Positions 26,701-38,320 of a stretch of 64,000 nt of DNA are shown piece after piece (positions within the stretch are counted from its first letter, which is position 1; each line of letters starts with the position of its first letter). The position numbers and the translations under genes are program-made. The notes beneath the pieces are model-generated. The model worked only from the letters and a program-made list of their open reading frames with translations, ran no database searches and was not told the DNA's origin. The stretch spans positions 30,442,001 to 30,506,000 of the forward strand of contig CM022665.1 of NCBI GenBank assembly GCA_012295275.1, in the 5' to 3' direction. Source of the stretch: Chrysomallon squamiferum. Lineage: Eukaryota; Animalia; Mollusca.

Positions 26701-28004
26701 TATGTTCTGTGTGTGTGTGCCTGTATTGTCTAATTAAAATATATACAAATATTTTCACACATATGTATATAATTATACATACCCATCAAAATAAGTATAT
26801 ATGTACATATTCACACACATATATACACTCACACACACACACATATACAAATAAAACATATGCCTGCATACAAAAAACCTAATTTTACACAACCACCGAA
26901 AGATAAACCAGTACCAACAACAACAAAATAATGTATTGTGTCTGATTATCAGTTTAATGTGAAAAAGAGAAGTGAGAAACATGATCTATTTGCTTCAGCA
27001 AAAATACTGATCTATAATTTTCTCCAGCCCAGCAGAATTCAATTTAGCTATACTAAGTATGAATGCACAGGATTTCTCATCTCCTACTTTATCTAAATGT
27101 ACCAGTTACAGAGGAGTTCAATCTAGCCATTAACCAACTGATGTGCTACTGTATTACATCCTGTACTCTTTGATGGCACTACACTGTATATTTTACTCTT
27201 GTGGTACTTTATATATATTATTACATAGATAATACACTGCATTAAATTGATAGTTCACTTGAATGTATATACATTGCTGTTGTGGCACACTATATCTTTA
27301 TACTGACAGAACATTTTGTGTATATGTATGTAACTATATATATTATATATATTATATCAATTAGCATATCATTTTGCTGGGTATATTTTTATTATGTTGC
27401 TAACAAAGCAATTGCAATTTCTTTCTTTTTATAAAATAGAAAATGTAATTACATTTAATTTCATCTTTGCTCTGTATATAAATATAGGCTGGATTCAGGC
27501 TTTTGCATGTCAGACAAAATGATGGACAGATAAAAATATATTTTGTACCAATTTAAATACAATTTTTCCATCTATTTATCAAGTTACATTTTGCTTCTTA
27601 AACAAATTATCATATACCATAAACAAACATGTGCTTTGAAACCAGTAAAATATAAATGTTTATTTTCTATATGTCAGTTTAAAAAATTATGTATATTAAA
27701 CAGTAATATTATATAAACAATAACACAAATAATATAACTTATAATAATAAATAATGAAAATAAATAACATAACAAGTAAATAATGAAAAATATATATTAT
27801 AATAAACAAATTAATTAAACTATTTAGTTATAATTAACTAAATAATTTAATTAACAAGTAATCGAATCAGTTAGTAATTAAAATAAGAGGAGACAATAAA
27901 AATCACACATATGACTTTACCTCATCCCAACAGTCAAAGGTTTCTCCATTTTTCAGTGCCTCTGGCACGTCTAACTGCCAATTGAAGTCAAATGGCTTGG
28001 CCAT
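56..28004 (-). CDS. PLCB4: Phospholipase C beta-4 / norpA-like gene, 5' part (8 coding exons, 229 codons + 2 nt; PH domain and start of EF-hand region; gene continues past position 1)
   Basis: Spliced translation [28 protein letters not shown]|[27 protein letters not shown]|[22 protein letters not shown]|DPKLL...[11 protein letters not shown]...|[10 protein letters not shown]...[12 protein letters not shown]|[18 protein letters not shown]|ITRTFASGK...|[31 protein letters not shown] matches the recognisable PLCB4/NorpA N-terminus. All introns are GT-AG with compatible phases. Confidence 0.95.
715..799 (-). CDS. PLCB4: PLC-beta4 coding exon 7
   Basis: ttacag|[28 protein letters not shown]|gtaaat; phase 2-0. 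Confidence 0.95.
1096..1152. repeat. (ATT)n microsatellite
   Basis: Direct reading. Confidence 0.95.
1275..1328 (-). CDS. PLCB4: PLC-beta4 coding exon 6 (EF-hand region)
   Basis: ttacag|[17 protein letters not shown](S)|gtgaga; phase 2-2. Confidence 0.94.
1889..1968 (-). CDS. PLCB4: PLC-beta4 coding exon 5
   Basis: ttctag|[26 protein letters not shown](H)|gtaggc; phase 0-2. Confidence 0.94.
2477..2614 (-). CDS. PLCB4: PLC-beta4 coding exon 4 (PH domain)
   Basis: ttgcag|[46 protein letters not shown]|gtatgt; 138 nt. Confidence 0.94.
3900..4090 (-). mobile_element. Decayed tRNA-derived SINE copy
   Basis: Minus-strand head cagtggtag...ggatcaatccc resembles Pol III A/B boxes. Core 3924-3955, reverse-complemented, matches 30503-30534 at 25/32. 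Confidence 0.6.
6505..6561. repeat. (CA)n microsatellite
   Basis: Direct reading. Confidence 0.95.
7633..8035. repeat. Dispersed repeat copy 1 (with ~210-bp interruption)
   Basis: aatcttttaa[a/g]atctaaaccagca...taaagaagta...ttttggtcagtg...agtcatcatatc...atatagtga[t/c]tg[c/t]aggat is shared in the same order with 19549-19725. Confidence 0.7.
8800..8835. repeat. (CA)n microsatellite
   Basis: Direct reading. Confidence 0.95.
9615..9920 (-). mobile_element. Fossil rve-type integrase/transposase fragment (KRBA2/SCAND3/Ginger2-like), frameshifted
   Basis: Minus-strand pieces across frameshifts read [12 protein letters not shown] / [10 protein letters not shown] / AERARNDIR / [10 protein letters not shown]...[19 protein letters not shown] / [13 protein letters not shown]. 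They are collinear with the GKPRHPQSQGSVERAN...VQFQKNS pattern of this integrase group, recalled from family knowledge and not searched. Confidence 0.7.
10130..10720. repeat. Purine-rich low-complexity tract (gaaaa/gaaatg)
   Basis: ~600 bp dominated by A/G on the plus strand; source of the spurious Phe-rich ORFs. Confidence 0.8.
13141..13207. repeat. (TG)n microsatellite
   Basis: Direct reading. Confidence 0.95.
19549..19725. repeat. Dispersed repeat copy 2 (uninterrupted)
   Basis: Collinear match to 7633-7662 plus 7872-8035. Confidence 0.7.
20705..20770 (-). CDS. PLCB4: PLC-beta4 coding exon 3 (PH domain)
   Basis: ttgcag|[22 protein letters not shown]|gtaagt; 66 nt. Confidence 0.92.
22300..22515 (+). 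mobile_element. Decayed SINE copy (same family)
   Basis: tagctca head and ctgattaaccaaagtcatagtatgtgttttcctgttt body, similar to the 30455-30590 copy. Confidence 0.45.
23879..24112 (+). mobile_element. Internally deleted Tc1/mariner-superfamily element (234 bp) with TA target duplication
   Basis: TA flanks on both sides. Left end tacaagatgtcctgtaagtttccatacata matches the reverse complement of the right end, tacagggtgtcccataaaattccatacata, at 24/30 (TA included). Internal frame 23912-24046, [44 protein letters not shown], resembles a mariner-family transposase C-terminus. Confidence 0.85.
25408..25488 (-). CDS. PLCB4: PLC-beta4 coding exon 2 (PH domain)
   Basis: tttcag|[27 protein letters not shown]|gtaagt; 81 nt. 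Confidence 0.95.
27921..28004 (-). CDS. PLCB4: PLC-beta4 coding exon 1 (ATG at 28004; exon begins at 28044 with 40 nt of 5'UTR)
   Basis: [28 protein letters not shown]; acceptor ttgcag; donor GAG|gtaaag; phase 0. Confidence 0.93.
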
Positions 28005-29554
28005 TGAGCAGCTGCTCACAGTGATGGCAACACAGCCAGAATTTCTGCAACACAATAATTAGAAAACATTATTGATATTCAACAAGTTTTTATCTCATGC
28101 GTCAGTCGCCTTCAAAAGTTTATCTCTCAGATCAGGAAAGCTGTGCGATTAGCAAGCAATTCTCCAGATCAATTGAAGATTATACAGTGTCAAATTTTTT
28201 TTTTTTAAATCACATTTTGTTTGTATAAAATATTTAGAAAAGAAATCAATGTTATATTAATGTGGAGTCATGTATATGTTGCAAATTTCTTCTTTTTTTA
28301 ATGGAAAAAAACAACAAACAAAAAAGTTCTAAAATTACAGTGTAATAAATGTTTTTCTGTTTGTAATAAATGAATGTAAAATTATAAAGATAATAAAAAA
28401 AACTAATATTGTAAATATATATCAATTATAATATAGTTTACCAATTTACCAGAAAAACAAACAGCTTTATTTTAAAAACAGAACAATATTACATTCATTA
28501 AGCGATAGAGTTATAACATAAAATTTCCTTTTAAAAAACAATGACATACAGTGCTCAATTTCCTATTTTTAGTGGATGACATAGGTTTTTTCTCTTTGAA
28601 ATGAATTTGAAAATTAGATCACAATGGTGATGTCATTTGAAACTCTTGATCTGCTCTTTCAGTTTGTACATACTGATAATCTAGATGTAAAGTTTGTCAC
28701 AGCTTCTATTATTTTATTTTTATTTATATATTTTTTTAGTATTATTATTTCAGATGACTTCCAGTTTTATACTCGCTTGCATATTTTTTTATTAATCAGG
28801 TGAAAAACAGTAACTATCAAAACTTAACTATTTAGCCTGAAAATTTAAAAAGCAATAACTTTTGTGAGTATGGCCCAAGGCAAGGTCAGTTAAAGCCAAT
28901 AAAATTTGTTTGTTTTCTTTTTACTTTTTTTCTTTTCACTATCTGTAATTTCCTGATATTTGATCTTAGTATTTAACAGGCCAATAATCATGCACAACAA
29001 TAATTAACAGACATTATTAAGTCTTTCTTGCTATAAACCATAAGATTAAAACAAATAGAAAACAACTATATAACAGAATATTAACTGTTTATCAGTAGAC
29101 AGAGCCTATAAAATCTATGCAAGGATCTGATATATTTTGGTGTCCTTGAACCAGCAAGTTTCACCTCATAAAAGCTTTTCTTTTAAGCACTGAATACCGA
29201 GAAATGATATACACACTGTATTGTATATTCCAAACTGTAAGTGTTTGACAGAGTTAAAAGAATGAGGTATATAAATACCTGTATAAAATGGGTCAAAGAT
29301 TAATACAATATTTTACTTCATATAGGGAAAGACAATAAACAATATTCTTCATCATACATTAAAAAAACAAAACTGCAAAGCTAACAATGTGGTACAGTTC
29401 TCTTTTAAATGTAAGTGGACCGTGGTGTGGAACCAACATGAGTAAAGTATGAGGAAGAGTTATTTTATACCTAAATTTCTATCTTCAAAAAAAGAAAAAA
29501 AAAAGAGAAAATAAAAGGAAAAAGAAAGAAGGAAAAACAAATTCAAATAAATAA

Positions 29555-29790
29555 AAGAATGAAATGTTTGTTAAACATCTTAATATATTTTATTATTAAT
29601 GGCTGTTTAGTGTCATCTATTATTTTCAGTATATGAGATAAAAAAGCTGGAGCCATTCAGTGGGCTTCTTAGAATTATCAGTTAAGGTGTATTTTTTGTT
29701 GTGTTTTTACCTAACACCACAGACACTGATAAACCATTTGCTGAATGCTAAATAGCCCAGTGTGCACTGGAATGGGTTAATCATGCAAAT
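29555..29790 (-). mobile_element. Highly decayed SINE copy (probable; similar weak remnants near 38860-38985 and 48620-48745)
   Basis: Segments gaaatgtttgttaaac...gataaacca...aaatagcccagtgtgcact...gggttaatc follow the family layout; similarity is weak and judged by eye. Confidence 0.35.
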
Positions 29791-30454
29791 TCAAACAACT
29801 CAACTAATGTATGTTTGTTTCCTGTAAGATTTTTATTATTATTATTATTATTATTCTTTTTTGTCATAAATACTGGAACTTCAATGAAATCAAATAAAAT
29901 ATCACTTGGTTCAGCATCTGATTTGAATAATGTGTAAGTTGTTAGTAATTTTTGTAAACAATAACAGTTTGTCTATACTGGATAAAAACAGTAAGAAGGA
30001 TCATAATACCATTTTGCTTTTATAAGAAACTGTGCTTCATAAACCAGCTGATAAATATGAAACATTATAATTGTAAAATTAATGTGTGTAAATGATATTT
30101 TAACATATACTGAAATTTTATATAATCTGATTCACAGCAGACTGAAATCTGACCACATCTATACCTATGACTTATGTAAATATGTCATTATTTTATTAAC
30201 AAAAATTAACAAGTGACATAATTTATTGTTACATTTAATACTTTTTGTGGATTCTATGATAATTTCAACCAATTGTTACATCCCTGAGTAACAAAAAACT
30301 AAGATTTCAATGAAATATGTTTAGCTTGATTTTTTAAGAAACTAATTTACTACCTTTTATTCATAAAATTGTAAAAGTACACTGCATTATAACATTAAAA
30401 CTAAATACTTAGAAAAAAGTAAAACATTATAAAATAAAAGCATTATTGTTCCAT

Positions 30455-30590
30455 GTTCAAAGATGTAATATGTTTTCCTGTTTGTGAAAGGGAACTTCTG
30501 TCAGATCCCTCGCTTTTAATCAGTAAGACTATCCTAAAAAACAGTAAAAGCAGGTTTTTTCTCTGTAGTTGTTGTTGTTGTTATTAAACA
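30455..30590 (+). mobile_element. Decayed SINE copy (same family, core fragment)
   Basis: tatgttttcctgtttgtg...agatccctcgcttttaatcagtaagactatcc...gcaggtttttctct; shares its core with the 3900-4090 copy and the tgttttcctgttt stretch with 22435-22447. Confidence 0.55.
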
Positions 30591-31059
30591 AAACTGTCTG
30601 TGTGGGTGTGATACAAACATAATATGAAAATATGTTGAACTGCCATTAAGCATTTATTCAACACAGTATTACAATATTATCTGTGATTTATATTTATACT
30701 TATTTATCAACAATCCATCAAGAATAAGGCTTTATTATTATTTGTCATGAACTACTTGTGTTGTTTATAAAATCTCACAGATGACAGGACTGCAAAAACT
30801 AGTTTCTCTTTATTGTCAAGTAATACAATTTGCCTTTGAACAAGTTACAGTCAAACTAAATGTTTTAATAAGGTGTACTTTTTAAAAATAAAAATGATAA
30901 TCATAATAATAATATTTTATTGCTTTAGATATCTACTGTCTTGTCTATGCTAAGCTGACAGGGTTGAGATGATTAAATTAAAAGAATGTCAGCTGTCAGA
31001 TACAGCATTATAAATAAGTGGCATCAGCAAGGAATATGATTACAGATGTTTCATATTAG

Positions 31060-31640
31060 TTATACATAACAATTCATGCTTATTCCATTTCACAGTAATT
31101 TTATATTAGTTTAGCAATTTAATATCACATTTTAGCCAGTTCTTAAAAGCATTCTTAGTAATTTCATTTCACCATTCTTAATCTTTTCATATCTTAATCA
31201 TAGTCATTTCTGTACACTTCACAGACATGTAACAGTTCAGTCATTTCATACATATCATTCCTATTTTTTAGCCATTTCATATTATCATCATTTCTTAATA
31301 GTATTTTCATGTCAACATTTATCACAAATAATAATCATTTCATTTTACTATTCATTTTAAATAATTTTAGATTTAAAGCCCAGTCATATTTATAATTAGA
31401 AGCCATTTAATATTTATAACTAATTAAAGTCATATTGACATTTATAGTCATTTGATTTTACCATTGTTAATAATTTCATGTAGATACCATTCATAATTAT
31501 TACCTTTTACTATTTACAGTCATTTTACATTACTGTTTGTAGATATTTCACATTAACTAAGTATTTTGTCATTACCATTCAAGTCAATTCATATTTATAA
31601 TTACCATTCTTAGTCATTTATTATTTTTAATATCCTCATC
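31060..31640. repeat. Degenerate minisatellite, ~23-bp unit (approx. agtcatttcatattaccattctt)
   Basis: Recurrent tagtcattt / ttaccattc motifs at roughly regular spacing. Confidence 0.6.
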
Positions 31641-32437
31641 ATATATCATATTTAGCAAAAAATTTAATAACAAATTTTAATAATGTGAATTATATATTTA
31701 CATTTTAGAAAAAAGAAAAATTGAAATAAATCACTATGAAATAACCATTCAGAACAGAATTAAAAAAATATAGCCTATATTTTCCAAAGAAAACATATCT
31801 ATATATTTACATGAACATGACATTTAGAGATTCCATTAAGAATTTACTGATTCTTACTATATTGTATATTTTAATGCCTAATAATGGTTAATGATTTAAT
31901 TTCCATTAAATTATTTTAAATCATCCTTTCTTTAATACTTTATACCATGACAGGCAGTTTTAAATCAAAAGGAATAAATAAATTTTTGTAATTATATCTT
32001 ACAACTAAAATCTCGTAATAACATATTCTAATTGATAAATAATCAAAAATGTATCTAATTCTAGTTTTAATACCATTAAAATAAGAATTGCTTAAAAGTA
32101 TTAATTAATCTCTCTTAACAGAGCAACCAATGCATAAATTCAAAAGTAGTCATAATTTACTTATGATACTGTTTCTTAACTGAAGAGCCAAAAGGAAAGA
32201 AAATAATAAAATTGATGTAGAATGTTAATGCAGACAATAAAATTTAATTACAAAAACAACAAACAAAACAAAACATAACAGCATGATTTATATATTGCAC
32301 TGTACATTAAAAAATGTTCAGTTTTGCACAATGTACAGTCTGTTTTTGTTTACAGTATATCCTGATGCGGCGTTTCTACATTTTAGACAAATTAAATTTA
32401 TTTCTCCTACAAATATTAATGTCACAAATACACTTAC

Positions 32438-33000
32438 CATTCGTCTATAAATAAAGCATTAATTTTGTAATCCGTGTCACTTGCGTTTGAAATAGCTGAT
32501 GCACGCAGTTCGCGATGTTTATTACAAGACAGATCATCTTCAACTTGATAAATCACAACAAAACACTGATGGCATTATGCAGCATTTCTCGTCTCGATTT
32601 ACACTGGGACATATTGTGACCTTGACATTTGCACATTTAGCTATTCTCCATAATTTAAAAAACCTGCACAACAGCGCAGGCCTTGCCCGTGCATATTGCG
32701 ATCGTTAGCATTAGTTGTAATACGGCAATCGCGTGTACTGACCGCTCTAGTGAAACAACACAAAGCATTCGGCTAAAGATTTCCCTTCCGAAGTGTGTAA
32801 CCGAGCGGCTAGATCAAAGAAGCATGATAGAATACACACTAAAACTAGCGGTGATGAGCCTGCTATCGGCGAGCAAGACCTGTTCAATATTGCAAAACGA
32901 CATGCCTTTTCACAGCGCTGTTGACTGATGGTATTTACCTGTTTACGACTGCATCACTCCGTGTTTAATCCAGAGTCTTCATGCGTGTGGAAAGTGAAAG
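32438..33000 (-). other. Probable non-coding first exon(s) of the PLC-beta4 gene (5' boundary uncertain)
   Basis: Consensus donor ATG|gtaagt with exon end at 32438, and a second candidate donor CAG|gtaaat at 32939. Both lie in the most CpG-dense stretch upstream of the ATG exon. Confidence 0.55.
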
Positions 33001-33180
33001 AAAGCGTCAAGAAATTATCATCTTACGTCTGCCATTTCTCCCAAGATTTTATGTTGACATATACAGCCAATCAAACGTAATAGCAGGGTCATGTGATTAT
33101 GTTACTAATAATAATTTAGGTTATATCGATATATCACCCGGAAGATGCCCTGTTCAGTTTCTGACTTGTATAAATACGAT
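33000..33180 (-). promoter_or_regulatory. Putative PLC-beta4 promoter
   Basis: Edge of the CpG-rich island. Clustered motifs: CCAAT box (agccaatca, 33065-33073), M-box/E-box-like gtcatgtga (33088-33096), DRE-like palindrome tatcgata (33124-33131) and ETS core ccggaag (33138-33144). Motif function is inferred only. Confidence 0.45.
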
Positions 33181-33967
33181 TTTTATTTAGAATATTTTAA
33201 TTAAGAATAACCACGGATATAATTATAATATTACATAAATAAAAACAAAGTTACAAAAATATCAAGAGATTTTTGTACAGCTATTATAGCTAATAATATT
33301 CACAAATATACGCAATTACTGTTTTCTTATTTGCTCATTTTTCATTTAAATAGCTTTTGTAATGAGATGGGTGCAAAGCTCATTTAATTCTGTAATTTAA
33401 ATAAGACATTAAAAATAAAAGGTGGTAATTAAAATATATAATTATATCTTTTGCAGTAAATGCGTGTAGGATAATTTTATTGTATTTAAATTTTACAAAC
33501 TAATTAATAATAATAATTTTTATTAGTACTTTTAAATGTTACAGGAATGATCCATTCAGGCATGGAATCACAGGTTTTTTTAATTATTATATTGCTGTCG
33601 TTACTGTTATTGTTTGCTATTGTTACTGTTGTTGTTGTTGCCATTATCGTTCTGTTTATTATTATTATTAAACATTATTGTGATTCTCGAACTCAGAGAT
33701 CAGTGCGACCGAAAATATTTCTCTCTTTCTTTCAATCTTATAATGAAATTCGTTATCGAAACTCCCAGTTTATAGTAGGAACTAATACGGTAACGGCATT
33801 TTTATAATTATATTTTATTTCTTCTTTATTATTATTTATTTATTTATTTTTTTTTTTTTTTTTTTTCCTTCACTTTCGGAAATTTGCAATTAATTAACTT
33901 TTTCTCTTTATTTTTGGTCTAATATTCTCATTAACTTATTTTTAAAATTAAATTTGTTGGGTGAAAC

Positions 33968-33969
<2 letters not shown>

Positions 33970-34026
<57 letters not shown>
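33970..34026. repeat. (TAT)n microsatellite
   Basis: Direct reading. Confidence 0.95.
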
Positions 34027-34030
<4 letters not shown>

Positions 34031-34487
34031 TTTAATAATATTATTATTTTAACATTTCATTTTAAAAATTGATTATATTATTTTATTTTATTTTTAATTC
34101 AAAATTTAGTATTCTCATCATGATACATAACTAAATTAAAACAAATGCAAATAAAAAACTATCAGTAGAAATATTTTAAACATATAAAAAGAGATATATA
34201 CAGATAAATACAGATACGTCGATAGACAGTTATAAAGACAGGTAACTTAAGTTTATGATAGTTTGACAAAGAGACGTGTGGGTGTGGGTCTGTGTGTGTG
34301 TAAGTGAGAGATTTAATTTGGAATATAGAAAGATAACTCCCTGCTATTCAGAAATGTTACAATTAACTTTTCATTTCTTTACGTTGAAGAAAAATGTCTG
34401 GTAATAACTTGTATAAATTTAGACATTTTCACGACTGTTAGCGACATTTTAACTAGGCATAATATCGCCGCATCTTCTTTTATTATT

Positions 34488-34548
<61 letters not shown>
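34488..34548. repeat. (CT)n microsatellite
   Basis: Direct reading. Confidence 0.95.
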
Positions 34549-34551
<3 letters not shown>

Positions 34552-34850
34552 TACATCCATTATCAGCTCAGTGGAACATAAATATCTGTCATAGTTGGTA
34601 TTATAACTTGTTTGTGATTCAGTGAAATGTTTTCTCAGTATGGCTTCATGGTCAAGCAGAATCATACATTATAAATGTAGTTTTCAGACAAGTTATTATT
34701 AAGACATTTTTCTAAAAGTATTTTATTTAGTTCATAAGCATAATTATGTGTACAAAAATTTTAAATTTTTTTTTTAAAAAATTTAAAAATAAAAAAAAGT
34801 TAAAAATCCAGAATTACAGTAAATGGAAGGCATCTTCAAATTACTGAGTA

Positions 34851-34855
34851 TATTA

Positions 34856-34912
<57 letters not shown>
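34851..34912. repeat. (TAT)n microsatellite
   Basis: Direct reading. Confidence 0.9.
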
Positions 34913-37900
34913 TGTATTTATTTTCTTATTTCTGTTTTTATTTATTATTATTGGTGATGGTGGTGGTGGTATCGATGTTGTTGTCGTGGTTGTCATCATT
35001 ATAATCACTGTCATATCTGATTCAGAAGAGGTTTATTCTAAAAATAAAAATTATTTACATTTTGTTTCTTCTGTATAATAAACTCAATTGATCATTTCAT
35101 AACAAAAGCGCCAAAGAAGGCGCCATCCCTTTTTCTGGATCTATTCTTACTGACATAATCATGAGTACCATGATTAGCAAATAATAATAAACATCGCTTT
35201 TGAACCAAACAGAAGAAGAATAATTAACATATAAGTTGTCATTTTAATGTAAAGAAAAATGTCGTTGACTGTTAATAGTGTGCTTTCTGACTGTATTACA
35301 TTCAGATGGAAACAAAACACAGGAATCGGAATATCAGTAAAAGATTTATTTCAGTCATTTACTTTCCAAAATAACCTGCTAGATTTCATTGTTAAGCATG
35401 TGCTATCTCAATTATAAAAGGAAAAATCTATAAAACAGACACTTATTGGCTGTTTGCGAACACCTTCAGAAACTAAATTATACATCTACATTAGAGCCTT
35501 TACTCGATTCATTTTCACTTGCTTTAAGTTCAGCTAGTTGATGCTAATAATTGTTAAAGGAATCAATAAACCAAAAGGAAACTAAGGATGTTAGTGTTTT
35601 TAGTTCTCAGTGCATTAAGTTCGTTGGAATCTTTCGGTTCAACCAGATTAGGCTAAATTATGTATACCATATAGTAATAATGCATTAACCTCCTTTGGCT
35701 GAAAAGTAAGAAGAACATAATTATGAAATGTAAGACTAAATCTTGTTGCTGTTTTGTGAACATAATTCAGAGGAAACGTGTTCATCCATCATGGATGTCA
35801 GTAGAACTTTTCGGATTTGCCGATTTGAAAATTACACTTTTATACTGCACACCATGTAGGAAGTTAATATTATTATTTTTTTAAAGTGGACAAGAGGAGA
35901 TAGTGGTAATGAGAACTTCAAGTTAAATGATAATTAAGAAGAAACCTATGATGATTATATGTGTGAAAAAATGTTGTTATGAAGAATGTTTGAGATTGTG
36001 TTAATATTACGATAGTTATTTCTACTTTTTTTTTAAATTAAGAAAGAAGAAAAAGCAAATGATGATTATAAAGATAAAGTTGGAAAAAACAAAAACAAAA
36101 TGTAATGCAGTATATTATGTTTCCATAGCTTTTATAAAAAATCCGAAAAATAGAAGATACTGTATACTATATGACAGATAATTTTCAAGTGAAATGAATT
36201 TCATTATAAATAATACGATCAAAATTGGGAATCCCCTCCCCAAAAAAATTCAACAAGAAGAAAAGAAAAAGGGCTACCCATCCTTTATACCTATATATAT
36301 ATATATATCTTTATCCACGATATATGTGTATGATAAAAGTCTCTCACTCATTTTTTATAAAGAGCAGATATTAGCTATTATATGTACAATCATTGTGAAA
36401 ACTCTAATTATTAGCTCTGGTCTTTTTGTAAAAAACAGGAGCAAATGCCGGATAATAATAATAATAATAATAATAAAAGTAAATAAATAAATAATATTAA
36501 TAATAATAATTATTATTAATTAATTAATTAATGCATGTAATTCTACGGACAAAACCAAAAAATAAAAATAAGAAAGAGAGAGAGATAATTTTTTTTTAAT
36601 AATTTGTTATTTGTTTATTTCTTTCATTTTTGTCATTGTCTTTAAAACAAATAAGTGTCTCGGACTTAAAAAAAAAAAAAAAACAGAAATAAAAAACCAA
36701 CAACAACAAACAGGAAAACAATAACGAAAAACAACAGTATACATTAATAATCAACTAATGGCTATTACTTGATATATCTTTGCTTCTTAAAATAAATCTG
36801 TATATATCCTTACTTTTACAGTTCCTGTGTTCATGTGTGTACGTGGACAAATATAGATATACATATATATAAATAACACCATGAAAAAGTAAATAGAGAA
36901 ATGTAAAAACACATTACGTATCATTTTATAATCCTAAATCTTTGAATGAATGTGTTTCTGTTGTCTTTCCCTCAATATCTCTCTTTGTTTATGACTGGAA
37001 AAGCATAATTAGCTTCGTTTTTTCTTTGATATTTTTCAGTTTTAGTAATAAGTAATTAATGTTTGTGGAAGCATTAATTTCGGTAACATTAGTGAATGAA
37101 TGATTTAATTTTTGCAGTATCAAAGGTTTTGTGTTTTATGTTTTACAATATGGTGGACAATGGGCTTTTTGGATTCATAGATCAGGATGGTCCAAAAGCT
37201 TAAAAACTAGCATTTTAGATAAATATCAAAAGCTTAAATTAAAAAGATAATTAGTTCTAAATAGATGTACTAATTCAACTTGTTTTAGAAATATTACATT
37301 TATTATTCATCTTGAATGCAGCACTTCAGGTAAAATGGCTGTATTTTTTTCAGACGGACATAGGAAACAGTATTTTACTAAAATGATTATGACAAAAAAA
37401 AATTATAATAATAAATAAAATAAAATGGAATGGAATAAATAAAATAAAGAATAAAGAAAGAAAGAAAAAATAAAAATTCAGGAATATAAAAATGAAAAAA
37501 CAAAACAAGAAACAAACTAAACATCCATGGTGAAAATAATTTCAGAGGGTTTGTTTATCTTTTAAATAAATTATTATTTTTTAAATAATTTGCTTTCAGA
37601 AATTTAAAATGTTTGACAAATAGGGAAATATTTATTCTGGTTAATTCATGTGGTTTTCTTAACCCATGAAAAAAGATTTAGCTTGATAAAACCTAAAGAA
37701 ACAAGAAACTAAATATATTAAACATACAAACAAACAAACAGACAAGTAAATAAATAAGTATAAGTTTAATAGAAAACCTTCACTGATCTATATTTATCTG
37801 TTTTGTCTTCCTGTAAGTCATATATCTTAAATGTATTTTGAAAATCAAATGACATGTAAAATAGGCAATATTGAAAATTGTCATGAATATTATTATGTCA

Positions 37901-38209
37901 AACCAAGTTCTGTTGTGAATTATAATGTGTAAGCTAAATGGCATATGAAAGCAAATATAATTAATTACAGTACAGGTTTATGGCAAAACACACATCTTTG
38001 CCCACCTCCTAGCTATTATATCTGTCACTAATGCCATTGATGATCATTGTGGTTCAACAAACCATCGTAGATATATTTTTTTTTTTCTCCCTTTACTTGA
38101 TATAGAACAAATTTTGATTTATTTATATATTTAAGTTTGATACATAAATAATATTGATATATTTACATGAAATTTATATAAATAATATGGATATATTTAT
38201 AAAATTATC

Positions 38210-38320
38210 TGATGTACTTGTGAAATTGTGTCTGATACGTGTTGATGTACTGGTGAAGATATGTCTAATGTAAATAAAAGTAGATGTAATTTTGAGGTTA
38301 TATTAGTCTAATACAATATA
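38210..38320. repeat. Three decayed tandem copies of a ~33-bp unit
   Basis: tgatgtacttgtgaaattgtgtctgat / tgatgtactggtgaagatatgtctaat / agatgtaattttgaggttatattagtctaat. Confidence 0.55.

Noticed and set aside
31060-31640. CRISPR-like repeat-spacer array
   Set aside because: Eukaryotic context; units are degenerate tandem copies without unique spacers, and there are no cas genes
32499-33190. Three plus-strand ORFs in the CpG-rich island
   Set aside because: Short, no recognisable homology or splice structure; explained by the higher GC of the promoter/5'UTR region
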